Shown: positions 15,001-23,173, counted from the first letter of the stretch. The stretch: 64,000 bases of DNA from Endomicrobiales bacterium (GCA_963796955.1 CAWCNJ010000002.1:1-64000); one strand, 5' to 3'. The notes: generated from the sequence alone by a model not told the origin. Made by a program: numbers and translations.

Positions 15001-15743
15001 CATTGTCTATATCAGCCAGCAAGGGCCAGCCCACGCCTGCGCCGCCCGACCAAACGGGTACGGATACATATGTGCCAGAATCGTTACGGTAGATCGTTGG
15101 ACCATAACCAGCGAGATCCAGATCACCATCATTATCGTAATCGCCTAAAGCCAAACCATTGACACCAGGATTAAATGAGGTGAGAATAAACGCCCCGGCG
15201 GTGGCGGTAGAGATGTTGAATCCCGACGATGCTGAAACGCCTTTGGTATGTTGGCACTACGGCGAAGTAATAGGATGTTGCGGGTTTAAGACCGGTTACA
15301 ATTTCTGTTATAAGGTATCCGGCGGTAGCATTGGAGAGCAGCGCGGATTTCCAAACCAACGTATCTGAAGCGGACCAATTGAACGGAGGTGCGTCTGATG
15401 AATAGCGTATTTCGTAGGAATCGGGTTTTGTAGATAAATTATAATCTGTGGCGCCTGAGGCAAGCCATTGGAGAGTTACCTGTGCGCCGGGGGTGGCGGT
15501 AAGAGTGGTAACGGGACCGGGGCCGGTAACGGCGAAAAGCAGTCCGGAATCTGACGACAGTCCGAAGTCCGGAGCCCGGAGCCCGGAGAGAAAACCAAAC
15601 AACAGCCCTGTTTTTGAAGTACACTTCGGTCTCCGGTCTCCGGTCTCCGGACTGAAGTTAATATACGGGGCTATGACAGGCATTGCGCAGAGCAATACCG
15701 CGGTTATAACAAGCGCTGAAAGAGAACGGCTGCGTTGGCCCAT
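1..15743 (-). CDS. Giant secreted/surface protein (>5,200 aa, 3' end outside window): signal-peptide-like N-terminus then >=9 modules of FN3-like / 7x FG-GAP (beta-propeller) / FN3-like; one extra base near 15245
   Basis: Manual translation: the frame at 15241 (KGVSASSGFNISTATAGAF) is the same as at position 2-19 (AAGDYD). The ORF track has no long stop-terminated ORF here, consistent with an open frame running off the edge. Recurrent GDYDNDGDLD...YRNDNG, LTWxAPGDNY...YEIRY...TGLKPDTxYYF and YYNVRxG...GNFxRP...TYYWxVQxID motifs. N-terminal part is ORF 15171..15743. Confidence 0.93.
15541..15657. repeat. Two oppositely oriented heptamer tandem tracts (CCGGAGC / CCGGTCT) inside the 5' end of the giant gene
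   Basis: agtccggagcccggagcccggag and ggtctccggtctccggtctccggact are near reverse complements. Confidence 0.8.
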
Positions 15744-15829
15744 AATGGTTTTACAATTTGCGACGATTATTCAACTTGTTTTGAATACCGCAACTGCTTT
15801 AAAACCACTTCTTGCTTGCCTGCTTCCAT

Positions 15830-15857
15830 ATTATACACAAAATGTAGGCTTTTTCAA
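15830..15857 (-). promoter_or_regulatory. Putative sigma70 promoter of giant gene
   Basis: TTGAAA-N16-TATAAT on minus strand, ~90 nt upstream of the ATG. Confidence 0.5.
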
Positions 15858-16004
15858 TGACTTTTTTAAAATTACGCATAAACGTGTAAAATGCATAATA
15901 ATTATAATTTTGAATGATATAACAATATGCTTTATTTCTGGTTGAGAAAGGCGGATCATGTCAGGGAGCTGATGCGGTTTGGCGGGATTTGGGCATAAAA
16001 AAAG

Positions 16005-16077
16005 TGCCAAGGGTCAGAATCGAACTGACGACACCAGGTTTTTCAGACCTGTGCTCTACCGACTGAGCTACCTTGGC
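16005..16077 (-). tRNA. tRNA-Phe(GAA)
   Basis: GCCAAGGTAGCTCAGTCGGTAGAGCA CAGGT-CTGAAAA-ACCTG ... GTTCGATTC ... CCTTGGCA cloverleaf. Confidence 0.97.
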
Positions 16078-16206
16078 ACCAAAAATTGTCTTTTCGGCTG
16101 CAAACGGATTTTTAATCGGCTCATTTACACCAGTAAACTTCGCCTCTTAAAAATGCGTTTTCGCTCGAAAATCCTAATTTTTCTATTAAATTTACGTTTC
16201 AAATTT

Positions 16207-16376
16207 GACGGCAGGAATTCGGGCTTCGCTCTTTTCCCTACATCTACGTCTTCAACGGTACTAATTCGAGCTTCGCTCTTTTCCTTAAATCGTTACTGCG
16301 AATTCTACGGCAGGAAATTGAGCTTCGCTCTCTTCCCAACAACTACTGCGTTGACTGCACTTCGGGCTTCGGACTA
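16207..16376. repeat. Short interspaced direct-repeat array (GRGCTTCGCTCTYTTCC x3 plus a partial copy)
   Basis: Copies at 16221, 16268, 16320 and partial at ~16364. Confidence 0.8.
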
Positions 16377-16383
16377 ATCGTTA

Positions 16384-16737
16384 TTAGGCTTTTCTCTCGT
16401 ATGCTTTTTTGCCGGCTTCTATGGCTGCGGCTACGCGCTCTTTCTGATCAAGAAGTTTTTCTTTGGCGTCTTGCGCGAAATGTTCGGCGGTGACTTTTAC
16501 ATCTCCGACGAAACCGTCGGCTTTTTCACGGGCATCATGGGCGAAATGGACTGCTTTTTCTTTTACTTCTCCGACAAAACCTTCGGCTTTTTCTGTCAGA
16601 TCTTCGGACATGTCCTTGATCCGCTTGCGGGTTTCTTTCCCGGAAGCCGGTGCGAACAACAAACCTGCGGCTGCGCCAACGATACCGCCCAGAACAAAGG
16701 CCAAGATCACTTCACCTGTTGAATTACGTTCACTCAT
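16384..16737 (-). CDS. YtxH domain-containing protein
   Basis: FVLGGIVGAAAGLLFAPASGKETRKRI signature; start moved to MSERNS behind an AGGGGG RBS. Confidence 0.9.
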   Translation of the reverse strand: MSERNSTGEVILAFVLGGIVGAAAGLLFAPASGKETRKRIKDMSEDLTEKAEGFVGEVKEKAVHFAHDAREKADGFVGDVKVTAEHFAQDAKEKLLDQKERVAAAIEAGKKAYERKA

Positions 16738-16890
16738 TTTACACCCCCTGTGTCGCGCCACGCCTTCGCGTGGCCTAAATGGTTCCGGTTCGGAATGTAA
16801 ACCTCTCACCGGAACGCTCCCGAAGGGAAACTCAGTTTCCCTTTCGCGCTCAGCTCATCCGCCTCGGCGGATTCTCTTCGCTGAACCTTT

Positions 16891-17166
16891 CTAATTTGAA
16901 TTTTTTTTTCGTTTCGCGAACCAGCCGGCAACCAGGCCGGAGACGACGGAACCAATTTTTATTATCGGGAACGACTGTTTGAAGAAACTTCCTATCGACG
17001 AGATAAGATGGCTTAGAACGTTCGCTTCCTGATTAATGGAAGACAACAGCAACTCAGCTTGTTTCGCCGTTCTGAAAACCTGCATCAACGTTCTTACGGC
17101 AAATGCTACCAGTGTAACAAATGCAAGCGTGATTATGATCGCGCAAATGATGATAATGGTATTCAT
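16891..17166 (-). CDS. Small membrane protein (DUF948/YoxC-like), usual YtxH partner
   Basis: N-terminal TM helix, helical middle, adjacent to YtxH. Confidence 0.65.
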   Translation of the reverse strand: MNTIIIICAIIITLAFVTLVAFAVRTLMQVFRTAKQAELLLSSINQEANVLSHLISSIGSFFKQSFPIIKIGSVVSGLVAGWFAKRKKNSN

Positions 17167-17222
17167 GTAGCACCCCAGTTTGTGCGGCTGTAACGTAAAT
17201 TCCTGGTTATTGTACTAAAACT

Positions 17223-17951
17223 TCAACGCTTAGTCAAATTAATGGTTGTCATTAATTTGCAGTAGTCTTTGATCGTTGATGGCACATTCATTTTGCTTTT
17301 AGTTTGCTTGCGGTCGTAGCGCAAAGTTAAAGGCACTTCGGCGCAAACTACCGGCGGGCGGGTTGTTTTCAGCAGCAGCTCCAGCGTTACGGCGAAACCC
17401 TGTTCCGTGACCGGCACTTCATAATCGCTGAAAAGCCTGCGCACTATTTTACCCGAATACGCCCTGTAGCCACTGGTGTAATCCGCTATGCCGGGAATAT
17501 GCCACACGATCTTTGAAACGACAGCGGCGCAACGGCTCAGCAGCCGCCTGAAGAGCGACAAACCAATCTGGCGGGCGCCTGGGCAAAAGCGGGAAGCCAC
17601 TACCACTCCGGCGCCGGCTATTACCCGTTCCCTTAATAGCGGAACCAGTTCTACCGGATGAGTGTGGTCAGCGTCCATTGTTACCAAAACATCATCATTG
17701 GCTATATTATGGTTAAAAGACATAAGGCCTGTGGCCATCGCCCGGCCAAGGCCGCGGTTGACAGGATGGCTTATGACAATGAGCGGTAAAATTGTTTCGT
17801 AACTTTGAGCAACGGCTCTAGTGTTGTCACTGGAACCGTCGTCGACCACAACGACCCGGAAAGGGAACGGCCAATGCTGATGAACAATGTCACCGAGCAG
17901 CTGTGTAAGTTCCGGGGCTTCGTTATAGGCCGGCAACAACAGGTAAAGCAT
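17223..17951 (-). CDS. GT2 glycosyltransferase (DPM1/polyprenol-phosphate type)
   Basis: LLPAYNE, VDDGSSD, NRGLG, MDADHTH, DYTSGYRAY; real start MLYLLL (the track extension is repeat DNA). Confidence 0.9.
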   Translation of the reverse strand: MLYLLLPAYNEAPELTQLLGDIVHQHWPFPFRVVVVDDGSSDNTRAVAQSYETILPLIVISHPVNRGLGRAMATGLMSFNHNIANDDVLVTMDADHTHPVELVPLLRERVIAGAGVVVASRFCPGARQIGLSLFRRLLSRCAAVVSKIVWHIPGIADYTSGYRAYSGKIVRRLFSDYEVPVTEQGFAVTLELLLKTTRPPVVCAEVPLTLRYDRKQTKSKMNVPSTIKDYCKLMTTINLTKR

Positions 17952-18072
17952 TAACACCTCACAAAACCTTAGTGGACAACTTAGTGGACGCACAACACCT
18001 GGTGGACTACTGAGTGGACAACGAAGTGGACACTCATTACACCGGACACTCATAACACCGGGCACTCATAAC
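17952..18072. repeat. GTGGAC modular intergenic element, copy A
   Basis: aaaacctt-(gtggac-N6)n-(acactcatWacaccgg)n. Confidence 0.9.
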
Positions 18073-18086
18073 GCCTGCTGCATTTA

Positions 18087-18716
18087 CTAAATTTTTGACG
18101 ACGGGCAAATGTCTTTTAAGGGGCAAATGTTGTGTTGCGGGCGATTGGCTATACATATTGCCCGGCCGTGCGCCTGCATGAGATGCGAAAAGTGGAACCA
18201 TTCTTCCTTTGGGACTATCGCCATAAGGTCCTGTTCTATGCGCTCAGGGTTCTTATTCTTTGTCAGGCCCAGCAGGCACGTTATGCGAATAACGTGAGTG
18301 TCCACCACAATACCTTCGACGATTCCGAAGCTGTTTCCCAGCACCACATTGGCGGTCTTGCGGCCGACGCCGGGAAGATCCAGCAGCGAGTTCATGTCTG
18401 CGGGAACCTTGCCGCTGTGCTTTTCCATGATCAGTTTGGCGGCGTTAATAATGTTTTTTGCCTTGTTGCTGTAAAAACCTATCTGTATGATATCCTGCTC
18501 GAATTCTTTTGGATCAGCTTTGGCATAATCTTCTACCGTGCGATATTTTTTGAACAGTTTTTCCGTAACCGTGTTCACCAGAGAGTCGCGGCACTGGGCG
18601 GAGAGGATGGTGGCTACCAGCATCTCCAGCGCATTGGAAAAATTAAGCGCGGTTTTCGCGTTCGGGTATTGTTTTTTAAGGCGTTGGATGATTTCTGTGA
18701 CGTATTTGGTTTTCAT
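18087..18716 (-). CDS. nth: Endonuclease III
   Basis: LVATILSAQ, LPGVGRKTANVVL, VDTHV, C-terminal Fe-S motif. Confidence 0.96.
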   Translation of the reverse strand: MKTKYVTEIIQRLKKQYPNAKTALNFSNALEMLVATILSAQCRDSLVNTVTEKLFKKYRTVEDYAKADPKEFEQDIIQIGFYSNKAKNIINAAKLIMEKHSGKVPADMNSLLDLPGVGRKTANVVLGNSFGIVEGIVVDTHVIRITCLLGLTKNKNPERIEQDLMAIVPKEEWFHFSHLMQAHGRAICIANRPQHNICPLKDICPSSKI

Positions 18717-18721
18717 GAGTC

Positions 18722-18815
18722 AACAAAACCTTGGTGGACAACTAAGTGGACGCACAACACCTGGTGGACAACAAAGTGGACGACGGAGTGGACACTCATA
18801 ACACCAGGCAACACC
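18722..18815. repeat. GTGGAC modular intergenic element, copy B
   Basis: Near-identical to copies A, C, D. Confidence 0.9.
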
Positions 18816-18820
18816 TTCAT

Positions 18821-19006
18821 TTACTCAACTGTTATTGCGTTTACGGGGCACTCATCGGCGCCTTGCTGGGCGCAGGATGCCGCATTAGACGGCACATCCT
18901 CAACTTTTGCCACAGCTATAGGTCCGTCCATCTCATAGACGACCGGGCATGTTCCGGCGCACAGGCCGCAACCTACACATAGTTCTTTATCAACGGTTAC
19001 CTTCAT
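18821..19006 (-). CDS. Single-cluster [4Fe-4S] ferredoxin
   Basis: CVGCGLCAGTCP ... ECPVNAI; GGAGG RBS. Confidence 0.95.
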   Translation of the reverse strand: MKVTVDKELCVGCGLCAGTCPVVYEMDGPIAVAKVEDVPSNAASCAQQGADECPVNAITVE

Positions 19007-19020
19007 AAAATGCCTCCTGA

Positions 19021-19097
19021 ATTAACACCTCACAAAACCTTCGTGGACAACTAAGTGTACGACGGAGTGGACACTCATAACACCGGACACTCATTAC
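19021..19097. repeat. GTGGAC modular intergenic element, copy C
   Basis: Shares ttaacacctcacaaaacctt with copy A. Confidence 0.9.
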
Positions 19098-19104
19098 AAC
19101 GCGA

Positions 19105-19845
19105 TTACTTCTCTTCAATTTCTTTGATCTTAGCAAATTTTACAAAATCGTACCATGAGCAGAATAAGGCCCAGACTATCCCGGGGTATCCATCCAGAAT
19201 GCCGCCGCGTATGACCAGGCGCCAGAAAATATTTACCGGTATCATGGGCAGGCGCAGCAGGCTGAAACGTTCTCCCCTTTCGAAACGGCGGTGGGCATCA
19301 AGGCTTGAATACCTGTTGAAACGCTCGAAGTAATCTGAAATATCGCGGTAGCTAAAATGATTTAGCGGATTTAAAAGTCTGTGCGCGTTCCCGCTATGAA
19401 CCAGCTTTTCATGAAGGGGCGAGTCATTATACGAAGCTTCACCCTTTCTAAAAAGACGCAGCTGATGATCCGGGTAGGTTCCGCCGAAGCGGAGCGGGCG
19501 GCCGCAGAAAAACATGCGCCTGGGAACGCACACGGCGTCTGCCAGCGGGACAGCTAAAAATGCTTTTACTTCCTTTTGTAGCGCCGGTGTAATTTCTTCA
19601 TCGGCGTCTAAGACAAACAGCCAATCACCGGACGCCTTGCTGATCGCGAAATTACGCTGGGGGCCGAAGCCCTGCCAACTCTGTTCAAATATCTTCACAT
19701 TCAGAAAACGGCGAGCGATAGTGAGAGTATCATCGGTGCTGCCGGAATCGACCAGGATCACCTCGTCGGCCCAGGCGAGACCGGTAAGGCAGCGCTCGAT
19801 ATTATGAGATTCGTTCTTGGTGATGACAACGGCGGAAAGTTTCAT
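19105..19845 (-). CDS. GT2 glycosyltransferase (beta-1,4-glucosyltransferase/WaaE-LgtF-like)
   Basis: VVITKNE, VDSGSTD, GFGPQRNFA, LDADE; ATGA overlap with upstream gene. Confidence 0.92.
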   Translation of the reverse strand: MKLSAVVITKNESHNIERCLTGLAWADEVILVDSGSTDDTLTIARRFLNVKIFEQSWQGFGPQRNFAISKASGDWLFVLDADEEITPALQKEVKAFLAVPLADAVCVPRRMFFCGRPLRFGGTYPDHQLRLFRKGEASYNDSPLHEKLVHSGNAHRLLNPLNHFSYRDISDYFERFNRYSSLDAHRRFERGERFSLLRLPMIPVNIFWRLVIRGGILDGYPGIVWALFCSWYDFVKFAKIKEIEEK

Positions 19846-20663
19846 TTTAATGCCGGCACTTCTTTGCCGGTGTACTTCCACACTACTGATAACAACTGTG
19901 TTTCCCATGCGGGACGGTTCTTTATAAAATATTTCATCAGGGATTGGCGGTACATTTTGGCTTTGTCGAAGTTCGCGTTATCCGAGCCGAGGCCGCCGAA
20001 GTGGGTTACGCGGGCGGCGGGCAGGTAGGCGATCTTCAGGCCTTTGGCTTTTATCGCGTGGAACAGGTCGGTTTCTTCAAGGTAGAAGAAATATCTTTCA
20101 TCGAGGCCGTTCACCAACGATAATATTGTTTTTGTGGTAAGGAAGGCGGCGCCGCGCAGGGAGGGCACGGTGTACCAGGTCCCCTCTGTATAGGCATTTT
20201 CCCGCAGGCTTACCCTGAGTTTGAACCACGGTTTGAAGAGTTCGGTAACGAGAGTAGGTTCCGGCCAGACTGATTTTTGAATGGTGCCGTCCTTACGCAG
20301 CAGGCGCGGACCTATGACGCCTATGGTTGGCTCGGCTTCAAGAGTATCGGCCATTTTTGATACGGCGTTATTCAACAGCTCGGTGTCGGTGTTAATAAAA
20401 AGCACCGGATCGTTCGTTGCGGCGCGCCAGCCCTGATTGGCGGCAGCGGCAAAACCCTTGTTCTCTGTATTTTGAATTACTTTGAGATCAGGATACTGCA
20501 GCAGAGCGGCTGCGATGGAACCGTCAGAGGAATTATTGTCTACGATGATCCATTCGGCGTTCCCGGGGGATGTTAACGGGTCTTTGGCGGCAAAGGAGGC
20601 AAGGCACCCGAAAAGGGTGCTGCCGGAATTTCTGGTGACCAGGACGATGGAAAGTTTTTTCAT
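19842..20663 (-). CDS. GT2 glycosyltransferase (WbbL/rhamnosyltransferase-like)
   Basis: VDNNSSDGS, NKGFAAAANQG, FINTD, DERYFFYLEETD. Confidence 0.9.
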   Translation of the reverse strand: MKKLSIVLVTRNSGSTLFGCLASFAAKDPLTSPGNAEWIIVDNNSSDGSIAAALLQYPDLKVIQNTENKGFAAAANQGWRAATNDPVLFINTDTELLNNAVSKMADTLEAEPTIGVIGPRLLRKDGTIQKSVWPEPTLVTELFKPWFKLRVSLRENAYTEGTWYTVPSLRGAAFLTTKTILSLVNGLDERYFFYLEETDLFHAIKAKGLKIAYLPAARVTHFGGLGSDNANFDKAKMYRQSLMKYFIKNRPAWETQLLSVVWKYTGKEVPALK

Positions 20664-20673
20664 GTTTTACACC

Positions 20674-20771
20674 CAACAACACCTTAGTGGACAACTAAGT
20701 GGACGCACAACACCTTATGGACAACAGAGCGGACGACGGAGTGGACACTCATAACACCGGACACTCATTAC
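20674..20771. repeat. GTGGAC modular intergenic element, copy D
   Basis: Same modules; contains the TAA stop of the ligase gene. Confidence 0.9.
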
Positions 20772-22010
20772 AACCTGCCACTTCCCAGCACCAAACCGGT
20801 GAGCCATAGCAGGTCCATGGCTACGCCGGGGCCGCGCAGGTGGGTGTCGAACAGGTCGCCCAAGGCGACGGTTACCAGGCCGAAACAAACGCCGATCGCC
20901 AGGGCGCTGATGAAACCGGTGTTATTGCGATGTTTCAGGTACAAGGCGCGCACCACATTAAACAATAAAAATACGAATAATCCAAGCCCGATCAGGCCTG
21001 TTTCGGCGGCTGTCGTTAAATACAGGGAATGAAGGTGGCCGTGGCGCGGGCGGCCGTTCTCATCGAGAAAATCTTTCTTACCTACTCTGTCGAAATATTC
21101 CTTCATGCTCGTGGCCTGTCCGGGGCCGAAACCGAAGAAGGGGCGGTCATGTATTTCCCATAAGAGCGATATGATACAGGTCCAGGCGCTCATGCACGTT
21201 GCTGTCGGTAATGAGGCCGCCTTCAGGGGCCTTATGATGGATCATCTGCTGAACCGCCGATACGACACGCCTGTGAACAAGCGGATTAAGCTTATAGATG
21301 GCGCCGAAAAAAAGCAGACTTAAAAATACGACCGCGGCACCCCGGGTAAAACGTTTAAAGCGCAGCACATAATAGACGATAAACAACAACAGCGAAGCGC
21401 CCAAAGCGATGTAGTATCCGCGCGATCCGGTCAAGACCACCGCCAGACACAGGAATACACCGGCGGCAATATATATTATACGGCTTTTAGCGGAGGAGGT
21501 CTCATCGAAAATGGCGAGCGAAAAAGATATGAGCGCTAAATTTGAGCAGACGGCCGCAAGAGCTATATGGTGGCGCAGCCCTTTTAATAGATTATTCTGC
21601 ACTAATAGAAAGGTGCCGAAATGCTGCCAGAAAAACCCGAAATACGCGAGCACCGAAAACGCGACTATGGCGAACAACATCCAATAGTAAATGGTAAAAG
21701 CTCTGCGCACTTTAAGGGCATCAGCCAGAAGGAAACCCGCCGCGAACGGGCACAGCCAGTGGGCAAAAAAACCGAAGACAATACCGTATCCTGCCTGCGG
21801 CTGAGAAGAAAAAAGCGTGCGTAACAATAAAAATAACAGATAGGCGAGCATGAGATACACCAGCGGTTCTTTCTTAAGCGTTCCCGCCTTAGTAAAACCG
21901 GAACAGACCGTTGCTAATACGATACCTCCGCCGAGATAACACCATACGTGGCTAAACGGCAGGCCATACGCAATGATCAGGTTAGCGATATATATTGATC
22001 TTTCAAACAT
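20768..22010 (-). CDS. O-antigen ligase family (Wzy_C) membrane protein, split by one extra G at ~21158
   Basis: Multi-TM; LTGSRG, R..LY...PFFGFGPG, HLHSLYL..AAETGLIG; ATG-G-GAA: removing one G joins the two ORFs. Confidence 0.88.
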
Positions 22011-23100
22011 TGAGCACTTCCCGGTATATGGCGAGCGTCGCACTGAACGTAAGTTCCTTGCTGAAAGTTTTCGCGGCAAAGACCGCTGCGGTCATGCCCA
22101 TACGAGAACGAAGCGAGGCATCAGAAAGCAGGGAAAGGAGAGCTGTCCGCAATTGAGAGGTATCATCCGGCGGGATAAGGAAACCCGTGATCTTATCCTG
22201 AATGGTTTCCGGTATCCCGCCCACATTTGTTCCGATAACCGGCTTACCAAGCGCTTGCGCTTCCGCCATCACCTGACCGAAGGCTTCGGTGTCCCACGAC
22301 AACAGGCAGCAGATATCCATCGCCGCCATATAGCGTTCTATATTTTCCTGCTGACCTGTAAAGATAACGGTTCTTTCAAGACCGAGCACCCGGCCGCGTT
22401 CTTCAAGCTCCCTGCGCAGAGTGCCCTCGCCGACTATCAGGTAGCGGGCGTTCGGGAATTCTTTCTTCAACGTCTGCGCGGCTTCCAGCAGTGTGCGCTG
22501 GCCTTTGCCTTTGGGCTTATTGATCGCGCCTACGGCGCCGACAATAACGTCTTCCGGCGAGAAACCATATTTTCGCCGTATATCTCCGCCCGGCACGGAT
22601 GGATTGAACACCGATGTGTCAACCCCGTTATAGACCACCGCGCACTTCGAAGCAGGCACGCGATCTATGGCGATCAAACCTTGAGCGACCGCCTGTGAGA
22701 CCGCGATCACCTTGTCGGCAAAACGGTAGTGCAGGCGGCTGTACCAGGGATGGTTCGTCTGCATGTGACGGTGAAAAATGATCTTAGCCGGCCTCCCTGC
22801 GAGCAGGTTGGCGATTATCGCCGCCCAGTACAGTTTGCCCTGATGAACGTGGACAATATCGATCTTTTCCCTGCGCAGGGCGAACACCAAACTGAAAATA
22901 CCGAACGGTTCAAAGGATCCCCTGATGGATAGCGGGCGATGGACCAGTTTTAATTTGGCAGCCTTTTCTGCAAGGTAGCTGTAGCGCGGCGCACCGATGA
23001 TATTGTGCACGCCCATTGTTTCCAGACCAGAGGCGAGTTCTAACAGCATCCGCTCCGCCCCGCCCGTACCCATGGTTGAATAAAGATGCAATACGTTCAT
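22003..23100 (-). CDS. GT4 glycosyltransferase
   Basis: GGAER, VYNGVD, KG, EAFG..AEAQALGKPVIGTNVGGIPE. Confidence 0.95.
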   Translation of the reverse strand: MNVLHLYSTMGTGGAERMLLELASGLETMGVHNIIGAPRYSYLAEKAAKLKLVHRPLSIRGSFEPFGIFSLVFALRREKIDIVHVHQGKLYWAAIIANLLAGRPAKIIFHRHMQTNHPWYSRLHYRFADKVIAVSQAVAQGLIAIDRVPASKCAVVYNGVDTSVFNPSVPGGDIRRKYGFSPEDVIVGAVGAINKPKGKGQRTLLEAAQTLKKEFPNARYLIVGEGTLRRELEERGRVLGLERTVIFTGQQENIERYMAAMDICCLLSWDTEAFGQVMAEAQALGKPVIGTNVGGIPETIQDKITGFLIPPDDTSQLRTALLSLLSDASLRSRMGMTAAVFAAKTFSKELTFSATLAIYREVLNV

Positions 23101-23139
23101 GTTATTCCTTAAACTGATGCACTATCCGGGTTAAAAAAC

Positions 23140-23173
23140 AAAAGCCCTGAAAACATTTCGTTTTCGGGGCTTT
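23140..23173 (-). terminator. Intrinsic terminator after tRNA-Asp
   Basis: aaagccctgaaaac/gttttcggggcttt stem with T-tract on minus strand. Confidence 0.65.

Noticed and set aside
185..15368. Many short ORFs on both strands in the ORF track
   Set aside because: They are shadow frames of the single giant minus-strand ORF.
1..15743. Diversity-generating retroelement acting on the giant gene
   Set aside because: No reverse transcriptase in the window and no near-identical pair differing only at adenines; modules differ throughout and by indels.
15744..16077. Genomic island integrated at tRNA-Phe
   Set aside because: No integrase or duplicated tRNA 3' end is visible; cannot be excluded beyond the left edge.
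16207..16376. CRISPR array
   Set aside because: Only 3-4 degenerate, short, non-palindromic repeats with irregular and partly related spacers; no cas genes in the window.
15979..16377. 132-aa plus-strand ORF
   Set aside because: Overlaps tRNA-Phe antisense and the repeat array; no coding signal.
17952..20771. CRISPR or coding interpretation of the GTGGAC repeats, including the N-terminal extension of ORF 17223..18065
   Set aside because: Fillers are only 6 nt; the translations are low-complexity products of repeat DNA; a proper RBS-ATG exists at 17951.
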